Shown in pieces: positions 12,901 through 25,530 of a DNA stretch of 64,000 nucleotides. Source of the DNA: the human T2T-CHM13v2.0 reference genome, Homo sapiens. Position numbers and translations under genes: made by a program. Under the pieces are notes generated by a model that searched no databases, was not told where the DNA came from, and was given only the letters and a program-made list of their open reading frames with translations. Position 1 is the stretch's first letter; each line of letters begins with the position of its first letter. The DNA is taken from assembly GCF_009914755.1 (NCBI RefSeq), contig NC_060933.1. One strand, 5' to 3'.

Positions 12901-14882
12901 ATGGAAAGGAATAGAATGGAATCAACCCGAGTGGAATGGAATGGAAAGGACTGGAATGGAGTGGAATGCAATGGAATGGAATTAACCCGAATAGAATGAA
13001 ATGGAACGGAATGGAACGGAATGTAATGCAATGGAATCGAATGGAATCATCCCGAGTGCAGGGGAATGGAATGGAATGGAATGCAATGCAATGGAATCAT
13101 CCGGAATGGAATGGAAAGGAATGGAATGGAATGGAATCAACTCGATTTCAATGGAATGGAATGGAATAGAATGGAATGGAATTAACACGAATAGAATGGA
13201 ATGGAATGGAATGGAATGGAACAGAAAGGAATGGAATGGAATGGAATGGAATCAACACAAGTGCAGGGGAATGGAATGGAATGGAACTCAATGGAATGGA
13301 ATCATCCGGAATGGAATGGAATGGAATGGAATGGAATGGAATGGAATCAACCCGACTGCAATGGAATTTAGAGGAATGGAATGGAATGGAATGGAAACTA
13401 CCCGAATGGAATGGAATGGAATGGAGTGTAAGGGAATTGAATAGAATCAATCCGAATGTAATGGAATGGAATGGAACGGAATGGAATGGAATGGAATGGA
13501 ATGGAATGCAATGGAATGGAATCAACCCGAGTACAATGGAACGGAATGGAATGGAATGTAATGTAATGGAATGGAATGGAATGGAATGGAATGGAATGGA
13601 ATCAACCCGAGTGCAATGGAATGGAGAGGAATGGTATGGAATGGAATGGAAACTACCCGAATGGAATGGAATGTAATGGAGTGTAAGGGAATTGAATAGA
13701 ATCAATCCGAATGGAATGGAATGGAATGGAACGGAATGTAATGGAATGGAATGGAATGGAATCAACCCGAGTGCAGGGGAATGGAATGGAATGGAATGCA
13801 ATGGAATGGAATCATCCGGAATGGAATGGAATGGAATGCAATGGAATGGAATAGAATGGAATCAACCCGAGTGCAATGGAATGGAGTGAAATGGAATGGA
13901 ATGGAATGGAGACAACCAGAATGGATTGGAATATAATGGAGTGTAAGGGAATTGAATAGAATCAATCTGAATGTAATGAAATGGAATGGAACGGAATGGA
14001 ATGGAATGGAATGGAATGGAATGGAATGGAATGGAATGCAATGGAATGGAATCAACCCGAGTGCAATCGAATGGAATCGAATGGAATGGAATGCAATGGA
14101 ATGGATTCAACTTGAATGGAATGGAAAGAATGGAATCAACAAGAGTGGAATGGCATGGATTGGAATGGAATGGAATGGAATCAACCGGAGTATAGGGGAA
14201 TGGAATGGAATGGAATGCAATGGAATGGAATCATCCGTAATGGAATGGAATGGAATGGAATGGAATGGAATGGAATGGAATCAACTCGATTGCAATCGAA
14301 TGGAATGGAACGGAATTAACCCGAATAGAATGGAATGGAATGGAATGGAACGGAATGGAATGCAATGGAATGGAATGGAATGGAATGGAACGGAATGGAA
14401 GGGAATGGAATGGAATAGAATGGAATGGAATGGAATCAACGCGAGTGCAGGGGAATGGAATGGAATGGAATGCAATGGAATGGAATCTTACGGAATGGAA
14501 TGGAATGGAATGGAATGGAATGGAATGGAATGGAATGGAATCAACCCGAGTGCAATGGAATGGAGTGGAATGGAATGGAATGGAATGGAACAAATCGAAT
14601 GGAATGGAATGTAATGGAGAGTAAGGGAGTTGAATAGAATCAATCCGAATGTAATGGAAGGGAATGGAACGGAATGGATTTGAATGGAATGGAATGGAAT
14701 GCAATGGAATGGAATCAACCCGAGTGCAATGGAATAGAGAGGAATGGAATGGAATGGAATGGAAACTACCCGAATGGAATGGAATGTAATGGAGTGTAAA
14801 GGAATTGAATAGAATCAATCCGAATGTAAAGGAATGGAATGGAACGGAATGGAATGGAATGGAATGGAATGCAATGGAATGG

Positions 14883-15031
14883 AATCAACCCGAGTGCAAT
14901 CGAATGGAATCGAATGGAATGGAATGCAATGGAATGGATTCAACTTGAATGGAATGGAAAGAATGGAATCAACACGAGTGGAATGGCATGGATTGGAATG
15001 GAATGGAATGGAATCAACCCGAGTACAGGGG
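14883..15031 (+). repeat. Chromosome 9q12-type Sat III module (pHuR98-like); representative of about 20 copies
   Basis: AATCAACCCGAGTGCAATCGAATGGAATCG...GGATTCAACTTGAATGGAATGGAAAGAATGGAATCAACACGAGTGGAATGGCATGGATTGG...CAACCCGAGTACAGGGG. The 5' part also starts near 11372, 14050, 17464, 19511, 22671, 29236, 32103, 33753, 34592, 45945, 49798, 52234, 58484, 59809, 60632 and 61967. From memory it matches the forward primer commonly used for chr9 Sat III PCR; this is not verified by a search. Confidence 0.65.
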
Positions 15032-15889
15032 AATGGAATGGAATGGAATGCAATGGAATGGAATCATCCGTAATGGAATGGAAAGGAATGGAATGGAATG
15101 GAATGGAATGGAATGGAATGGAATGGAATCAACTCGATTGCAATCGAATGGAATGGAATGGAATTAACCCGAATAGAATGGAATGGAATGGAATGGAACG
15201 GAACGGAATGGAATGGAATGGAATGGAATGGAACGGAACGGAATGGAATGGAATGGAATGGAATGGAATGGAATGGAATCAACGCGAGTGCAGGGGAATG
15301 GAATGGAATGGAATGCAATGGAATGGAATCTTCCGGAATGGAATGGAATGGAATGGAATGGAATGAAATGCAATGGATTCAACTCGATTGCAATGGAATG
15401 GAATAGAATGGAATGGAATGGAATGGAATGGAATTAATTCGAATAGAATGGAATGGAATGGAATGGAACGGAATGGAACGGAATGGAAAGGAATGGAATG
15501 GAATGGTATGGAATGGAATGGAATGCTACGGAATAGAATGGAATGGAACGAATTGTAATGGAATGGAATTGAATGGAATGGAATGGAATCAACGCGAGTG
15601 CAGGGCAATGTAATGGAACGGAATGCAATGGAATGGAATCATCCGGAATGGAATGGAATGGAATGGAATGGAATGGAATGGAATCAACCCGAGTGCAATG
15701 TAATGGAGTGGAATGGAATGGAATGGAATGGAACAACCCGAATGGAATGGAATGTAATGGAGAGTAAAGGACTTGAATAGAATCAATCCGAATGTAATGG
15801 AATGGAATGCAACGGAATGGAATGGAATGGAATGGAATGGAATGCAATGGAATTGAATCAACCCGAGTACAATTGAATGGAATGGAATG

Positions 15890-18800
15890 GAATGGAATGG
15901 AATGGAATGGAATGATACGGAATAGAATGGAATGGAACGAAATGGAATGGAATGGAATGGAATGGAATGGAATGGAATGGAATGGAATGGAATGGAATCG
16001 TTCCGAGTGGAATAGGAGGGAATGTATTCGAGTGGAATGGAAAGGAATGGAATCAACCAGAGTGGAATGGAAGGGAATGGAATGGAATGCAAACTAATAG
16101 AATGGAATCAACCGGAGAGGAATAGAATGGAAAGGACTGGAATGGAATGGAATGGAATGGAATCAACTCGATTGTAATGGAATGGAATGGAATGGAATGG
16201 AATGGAATGGAATTAACCCGAATACAATGCAATGGAATGGAATGGAACGGAATGGAGTGGAATGGAATGGAATCAACCCAAGTGCAGGGGAATGGAATGG
16301 AATGGAATGCAATGGAATGGAATCATCCGGAATGGAATGGAATTGAATGGAATGCAAAGCAATGGAATCAACTCGATTGCAATGGAATGGAATGGAATGG
16401 AAAGGAATACATTGGAATCAACCCGAGTGGAATGGAATGGAAAGGACTGGAATGGAGTGGAATGGAATGGAATGGAATGGAATGGAATCAACTCGATTGG
16501 AATGGAATGGAATGGAATGGAATGGAATTAACCCGAATAGAATAGAATGGAATGGAATGGAATGGAACGGAATGGAATGGAATGGAATGGAATGGAATGG
16601 AATGGAATCAACCCGACTGCAGGGGAATGGAATGGAATGGAATGCAATGGAATGGATTCAACTTGAATGGAATGGAAAGAATGGAATCAACACGAGTGGA
16701 ATGGCATGGATTGGAATGGAATGGAATGGAATCAACCCGAGTACAGGGGAATGGAATGGAATGGAATGCAATGGAATGGAATCATCCGTAATGGAATGGA
16801 AAGGAATGGAATGGAATGGAATGGAATGGAATGGAATGGAATGGAATGGAATCAACTCGATTGCAATCGAATGGAATGGAATGGAATGGAATGGAACGGA
16901 ACGGAACGGAACGGAATGGAATGGATTGGAATGGAATGGAATGGAATGGAACGGAAAGGAATGGAATGGAATGGAATGGAATGGAATGGAATGGAATGGA
17001 ATCAACGCGAGTGCAGGGGAATGGAATGGAATGGAATGCAATGGAATGGAATCTTCCGGAATGGAATGGAATGGAATGGAATGGAATGGAATGGAATGGA
17101 ATCAACCCGAGTGCAATGGAATGGAGTGGAATGGAATGGAATGGAATGGAACAACCCGAATGGAATGGAATGTAACGGAGAGTAAGGGAGTTGAATAGAA
17201 TCAATCCGAATGTAATGGAATGGAATAGAACGGAATGGAATTGAATGGAATGGAATGGAATGCAATGGAATGGAATCAACCCGAGTGCAATGGAATGGAG
17301 AGGAATGGAATGGAATGGAATGGAATGGAAACTACCCGAATGGAATGGAATGTAATGGAGTGTAAGGGAATTGAATAGAATCAATCCGAATGTAAAGGAA
17401 TGGAATGGAACGGAATGGAATGGAATGGAATGGAATGGAATGGAATGGAATGCAATGGAATGGAATCAACCCGAGTGCAATCGAATGGAATCGAATGGAA
17501 TGGAATGCAATGGAATGGATTCAACTTGAATGGAATGGAAAGAATGGAATCAACACGAGTGGAATGGCATGGATTGGAATGGAATGGAATGGAATCAACC
17601 TGAGTACAGGGGAATGGAATGGAATGGAATGCAATGGAATGGAATCATCCGTAATGGAATGGAAAGGAATGGAATGGAATGGAATGGAATGGAATGGAAT
17701 GGAATGGAATGGAATCAACTCGATTGCAATCGAATGAAATGGAATGGAATTAACCCGAATAGAATGGAATGGAATGGAATCGAACGGAACGGAAAGGAAT
17801 GGAATGGAATGGAATGGAATGGAACGGAATGGAATGGAATGGAATGGAATGGAATCAACGCGAATGCAGGGGAATGGAATGGAATGGAATGCAATGGAAT
17901 GGAATCTTCCGGAATGGAATGGAATGGAATGGAATGGAATGGAATGGAATGGAATGATACGGAATAGAATGGAATGGAACGAAATGGAATGGAATGGAAT
18001 GGAATGGAATGGAATGGAATGGAATGGAATGGAATGGAATCGTTCCGAGTGGAATAGGAGGGAATGTATTCGAGTGGAATGGAAAGGAATGGAATCAACC
18101 AGAGTGGAATGGAAGGGAATGGAATGGAATGCAAACTAATAGAATGGAATCAACCGGAGAGGAATAGAATGGAAAGGACTGGAATGGAATGGAATGGAAT
18201 GGAATCAACTCGATTGTAATGGAATGGAATGGAATGGAATGGAATGGAATGGAATTAACCCGAATACAATGCAATGGAATGGAATGGAACGGAATGGAGT
18301 GGAATGGAATGGAATCAACCCAAGTGCAGGGGAATGGAATGGAATGGAATGCAATGGAATGGAATCATCCGGAATGGAATGGAATTGAATGGAATGCAAA
18401 GCAATGGAATCAACTCGATTGCAATGGAATGGAATGGAATGGAAAGGAATACATTGGAATCAACCCGAGTGGAATGGAATGGAAAGGACTGGAATGGAGT
18501 GGAATGGAATGGAATGGAATGGAATGGAATCAACTCGATTGGAATGGAATGGAATGGAATGGAATGGAATTAACCCGAATAGAATAGAATGGAATGGAAT
18601 GGAATGGAACGGAATGGAATGGAATGGAATGGAATGGAATGGAATGGAATCAACCCGACTGCAGGGGAATGGAATGGAATGGAATGCAATGGAATGGATT
18701 CAACTTGAATGGAATGGAAAGAATGGAATCAACACGAGTGGAATGGCATGGATTGGAATGGAATGGAATGGAATCAACCCGAGTACAGGGGAATGGAATG

Positions 18801-19997
18801 GAATGGAATGCAATGGAATGGAATCATCCGTAATGGAATGGAAAGGAATGGAATGGAATGGAATGGAATGGAATGGAATGGAATGGAATGGAATCAACTC
18901 GATTGCAATCGAATGGAATGGAATGGAATGGAATGGAACGGAACGGAACGGAACGGAATGGAATGGATTGGAATGGAATGGAATGGAATGGAACGGAAAG
19001 GAATGGAATGGAATGGAATGGAATGGAATGGAATGGAATGGAATCAACGCGAGTGCAGGGGAATGGAATGGAATGGAATGCAATGGAATGGAATCTTCCG
19101 GAATGGAATGGAATGGAATGGAATGGAATGGAATGGAATGGAATGGAATCAACCCGAGTGCAATGGAATGGAGTGGAATGGAATGGAATGGAATGGAACA
19201 ACCCGAATGGAATGGAATGTAACGGAGAGTAAGGGAGTTGAATAGAATCAATCCGAATGTAATGGAATGGAATAGAACGGAATGGAATTGAATGGAATGG
19301 AATGGAATGCAATGGAATGGAATCAACCCGAGTGCAATGGAATGGAGAGGAATGGAATGGAATGGAATGGAATGGAAACTACCCGAATGGAATGGAATGT
19401 AATGGAGTGTAAGGGAATTGAATAGAATCAATCCGAATGTAAAGGAATGGAATGGAACGGAATGGAATGGAATGGAATGGAATGGAATGGAATGGAATGC
19501 AATGGAATGGAATCAACCCGAGTGCAATCGAATGGAATCGAATGGAATGGAATGCAATGGAATGGATTCAACTTGAATGGAATGGAAAGAATGGAATCAA
19601 CACGAGTGGAATGGCATGGATTGGAATGGAATGGAATGGAATCAACCTGAGTACAGGGGAATGGAATGGAATGGAATGCAATGGAATGGAATCATCCGTA
19701 ATGGAATGGAAAGGAATGGAATGGAATGGAATGGAATGGAATGGAATGGAATGGAATGGAATCAACTCGATTGCAATCGAATGAAATGGAATGGAATTAA
19801 CCCGAATAGAATGGAATGGAATGGAATCGAACGGAACGGAAAGGAATGGAATGGAATGGAATGGAATGGAACGGAATGGAATGGAATGGAATGGAATGGA
19901 ATCAACGCGAATGCAGGGGAATGGAATGGAATGGAATGCAATGGAATGGAATCTTCCGGAATGGAATGGAATGGAATGGAATGGAATGGAATGGAAT
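15890..19997 (+). repeat. Near-perfect ~2.04-kb tandem duplication
   Basis: CGTTCCGAGT at 15999/18041 (offset 2042). Private GAATGCAAACTAAT and CAACCGGAGAGGAATAGAAT occur in both units. The ORF track gives identical translations at offset 2042 (16147/18189, 16552/18594) and 2047 (17400/19447, 17769/19816). Confidence 0.95.
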
Positions 19998-22900
19998 GGA
20001 ATGAAATGCAATGGATTCAACTCGATTGCAATGGAATGCAATGGAATGGAATGGAATTAATCCGAATAGAATGGAATGGAATGGAATGGAACGGAATGTA
20101 ACGGAATGGAATGGAACGGAATGGAATGGAATGGTATGGAATGGAATGGAATGGTACGGAATCGAATGGAATGGAACGAATTGTAATGGAATGGAATTGA
20201 ATGGAATGGAATGGAATGGAATGGAATCAACGCGAGTGCAGGGGTATGTAATGGAACAGAATGCAGTGGAATGGAATCATCCAGAATGGAATGGAATGGA
20301 ATGGATTGGAATGGAATGGAATGGAATGGAATGGAATCAACCCGAGTGCAATGGAATGGAGTGGAATGGAATGGAATGGAATGGAACAACCCCAATGGAA
20401 TGGAATGTAATGGAGAGTAAGGGAGTTGAATAGAATCAATCCGTATGTAATGGAATGGAATGCAACGGAGTGGAATGGAATGGAATGGAATGGAATGGAA
20501 TGGAATGGAATGGAATGGAATGGAATGATACGGAATAGAATGGAATGGAACGAAATGGAATGGAATGGAATGGAATGGAATGGAATGGAATGGAATGGAA
20601 TGGAATGGAATGGAATCGTTCCGAGTGGAATAGGAGGGAATGTATTCGAGTGGAATGGAAAGGAATGGAATCAACCAGAGTGGAATGGAAGGGAATGGAA
20701 TGGAATGGAATGGAATTGAATGGAATGCAATGGAATGGAATCAACCCGAGTGCAATCGAATGGAATCAAATGGAATGGAATACAATGGAATGGATTCAAC
20801 TTGAATGGAAAGGAAAGAATGGAATCAACACGAGTGGAATGGCATGGATTGGAATGGAATGGAATGGAATCAACCCGAGTACCGGGGAATGGAATGGAAT
20901 GGAATGCAATGGAATGGAATCATCAGTAAAGGAATGGAAAGGAATGGAAAGGACTGGAATGGAATGAAATGGAATGGAATGGAATGGAATGGAATGGAAT
21001 CAAGTCGATTGCAATTGAATGGAATGGAATGGAATTAACCCGAATAGAATGGAATGGAATGGAATGGAACGGAACGGAATGGAATGGAGTGGAATGGAAT
21101 GGAACGGAAAGGAATGGAATGGAATGGAATGGAACGGAATGGAATGGAATGGAATCAACGCGAGTGCAGGGGAATGGACTGGATTCGAATGGAATGGAAA
21201 GGAATGGAATGGAATCAACCCGAGTGCAGGGGAACGTAATGGAACGGAATGCAATGGAATGGAATCATCCGGAAAGGAATGGAATGGAATGGAATGGAAT
21301 CAACCCGAGTGCAATGGAATGGAGTGGAATGGAAAGGAATGGAATGGAACAACCCGAATGGAATGGAATGTAATGGAGAGTAAGGGAGTTGAAAAGAATC
21401 AATCCGAATGGAATGGAATGGAATGGAACGGAATGGAATGGAATGGAATGGAATGGAATGGAATGGAATGCAATGGAATGGAATCAACCCGAGTACAATG
21501 GAATGGAATGGAATGGAATGGAATGGAATGGAATGGAATGGAATGGAATGGAATGCAATGGAATGGAATCTTCCGGAATTGAATGGAATGGAATGGAATG
21601 GAATGGAATGCAATGGATTCAACTCGATTGCAATGGAATGGAATAGAATGGAATGGAATGGAATGGAATGGAATGGAATGGAATTAAACCGAATAGAATG
21701 GAATGGAATGGAATGGAACGGAACAGAACGGAACGGAATGGAACGGAGTGGAATGGAATGGAATGGAATTGTATGGAATGGAATGGAATGGTACGGAATA
21801 GAATGGAATGGAAAGAACTGGAATGGAATGGAATCGAATGGAATGGAATGGAATGGAATGGAATAAACCCGAGTGCAGGGGAATGTAATGGAACGGAATG
21901 CAATGGAATGGAATCATCCGGAATGGAATGGAATGGAATGGAATGGAATGGAATGGAATGGAATGGAAACAACCCGAGCGCAATGGAATGGAGTGGAATG
22001 GAATGGAATGGAATGGAACAACCCGAATGGAATGGAATGTAATGGAGAGTAAGGGAGTTGAATAGAATCAATCCGAATGTAATGGAATGGAATGCAACGG
22101 AATGGAATGGAATGGAATGGAATGGAATGGAATGGAATGCAATGGAATGGAATCAACCCGAGTACAATGGAACGGAATGGAATGGAATGTAATGTAATGG
22201 AATGGAATGGAATGGAATGGAATGGAATCAACCCGAGTGCAATGGAATGGAGAGGAATGGAATGGAATGGAATGGAAACTACCCGAATGGAATGGAATGT
22301 AATGGACTGTAAGGGAATTGAATAGAATCAATCCGAATGGAATGGAATGGAATGGAACGGAATGTAATGGAATGGAATGGAATGGAATCAACCCGAGTGC
22401 AGGGGAATGGAATGGAATGGAATGCAATGGAATGGAATCATCCGGAATGGAATGGAATGGAATGCAATGGAATGGAATGGAATGGAATCAACCCGAGTGC
22501 AATGGAATGGAGTGAAATGGAATGGAATGGAATGGAGACAACCTGAATGGATCGGAATATAATGGAGTGTAAGGGAATTGAATAGAATCAATCTGAATGT
22601 AATGAAATGGAATAGAACGGAATGGAATGGAATGGAATGGAATGGAATGGAATGGAATGCAATGGAATGGAATCAACCCGAGTGCAATCGAATGGAATCG
22701 AATGGAATGGAATGCAATGGAATAGATTCAACTTGAATGGAATGGAAAGAATGGAATCAACAAGAGTGGAATGGCATGGACTGGAATGGAATGGAATGGA
22801 ATCAACCCGAGTATAGGGGAATGGAATGGAATGGAATGCAATGGAATGGAATCATCAGTAATGGAATGGAAAGGAATGGAAAGGAATGGAACATAATGGA

Positions 22901-25084
22901 ATGGAATGGAATGGAATGGAATGGAATGGAATCAACTCGATTGCAATCGAATGAAATGGAATGGAATTAACCCGAATAGAATGGAATGGAATGGAATGGA
23001 ACGGAACGGAATGGAATGGAATGGAATGGAAAGGAAAGGAAGGGAATGGAATGGAATAGAAGGGAATGGAATGGAATCCACGCGAGTGCAGGGGAATGGA
23101 ATGTAATGGAATGCAATGGAATGGAATCTTCCGGAATGGAATGGAATGGAATGGAATGGAATCAACCCGAGTGCAATGGAATGGAGTGGAATGGAATGGA
23201 ATGGAATGGAACAACCCGAAAGGCATCGAATGTAATGGAGAGTAAGGGAGTTGAATAGAATCAATCCGAATGTAATGGAATGGAATGGAAAGGAATGGAA
23301 TTGAATGGAATGGAATGGAATGCAATGGAATGGAATCAACCCGAGTGCAATGGAATGGAGAGGAATGGAATGGAATGGAATGGAAACTACCCGAATGGAA
23401 TGGAATGTAATGGAGTGTAAGGGAATTGAATAGAATCAATCCGAATGTAATGGAATGGAATGGAACGGAATGGAATGGAATGGAATGGAATGGAATGGAA
23501 TGGAATGGAATGCAATGCAATGGAATGGAATCAACCCGAGTACAATGGAATGGAATGGAATGGAATGGAATGGAATGGAATGGAATGCCTTCAAACCGAA
23601 TGGAATGGAAAGGAATGGCATCAACACGAATGGAATGGAATGGAATGGAATGGAATGGAATGGAATGGAATGGAATGATACGGAATAGAATGGAATGGAA
23701 CGAAATGGAATGGAATGGAATGGAATGGAATGGAATGGAATGGAATGGAATGGAATGGAATCGTTCCGAGTGGAATAGGAGGGAATGTATTCGAGTGGAA
23801 TGGAAAGGAATGGAATCAACCAGAGTGGAATGGAAGGGAATGGAATGGAATGGAAACTAATAGAATGGAATCAACCCGAGTGGAATGGAATGGAAAAGAC
23901 TGGAATGGAAAGGAATGGAATGGAATGGAATGGAATGGAATGGAATGGAATGGAATGGAATGGAATCAACGCGAGTGCAGGGGAATGGAATGGAATCGAA
24001 TGGAATGGAATGGAATGGAATGGAATCAACCCGAGTGCAGGGGAATGTAATGGAACGGAATGCAATGGAATGGAATCTTCCGGAATGGAATGGAATGGAA
24101 TGGAATGGAATGGAATCAACCCGAGTGCAATGGAATGGAGTGGAATGGAATGGAATGGAATGGAACAACCCGAATAGAATGGAATTTAATGGAGAGTAAG
24201 GGAGTTGAAAAGAATCAATCCGAATGTAATGGAATGGAATGGAACGGAATGGAATGGAATGGAATGGAATGGAATGGAATGGAATGGAATGGAATGGAAT
24301 GCAATGGAATGGAATAAACCCGAGTACAATGGAATGGAATGGAATGGAATGGAATGGAATGGAATGGAATGGAATGCAATGGAATGGAATCTTCCGGAAA
24401 GGAATGGAATGGAATGGAATGGAATCCAATGGATTCAAATCGATTGCAATGGAATGGAATAGAATGGAATGGAATGGAATGGAACGGAATGGAACGGAAC
24501 GGAACGGAACGGACTGGAATGGAATGGAATGGAATTGTATGCAATGGAATGGAATGGTACGGAATAGAATGGAATGGAAAGAATTGGAATGGAATGGAAT
24601 CGAATGGAATGGAACGGAATGGAATGGAATCAACCCGAGTGCAGGGGAATGTAATGGAACGGAATGCAATGGAATGGAATCATCCGGAATGGAATGGAAT
24701 GGAATGGAATGGAATGGAATGGAATCAATCCGAGTGCAATGGAATGGAGTGGAATGGAATGGAATGGAATGGAACAACCCGAATGGAATGGAATGTAATG
24801 GAGAGTAAGGGAGTTGAATAGAATCAATCCGAATGAAATGGAATGGAATGCAACGGAATGGAATGGAATGGAATGGAATTGAATGGAATGCAATGGAATG
24901 GAATCAACCCGAGTACAGTGGAATGGAATGGACTGGAATGGAATGGAATGGAATGGAATGGAATGCCTTCAAACCGAATGGAATGGAAAGGAATGAAATC
25001 AACACGAGTGGAATGGAATGGAATTGAATGGAATGGAATGATACGGAATAGAATGGAATGGAACGAAATGGAATGGAATGGAAT

Positions 25085-25530
25085 GGAATGGAATGGAATG
25101 GAATGGAATGGAATGGAATCGTTCCGAGTGGAATAGGAGGGAATGTATTCGAGTGGAATGGAAAGGAATGGAATCAACCAGAGTGGAATGGAAGGGAATG
25201 GAATGGAATGGAAACTAATAGAATGGAATCAACCCGAGTGGAATGGAATGGAAAGGACTGGAATGGAAAGGAATGGAATTGAATGGAATGGAATGGAATG
25301 GAATGGAATCAACGCGAGTGCAGGGGAATGGAATGGAATGGAATGGAATGGAATGGAATGGAATGGAATGGAATCGTTCCGAGTGGAATAGGAGGGAATG
25401 TATTCGAGTGGAATGGAAAGGAATGGAATCAACCAGAGTGGAATGGAAGGCAATGGAATGGAATGGAAATTAATAGAATGGAATCAACCCGAGTGGAATG
25501 GAATGGAAAGGACTGGAATAGAATGGAATG
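25085..25530 (+). repeat. 255-bp tandem duplication of the CGTTCCGAGT...TATTCGAGT...CAACCAGAGT block
   Basis: The module starts at 25120 and again at 25375, each followed by the same downstream modules. Confidence 0.8.
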
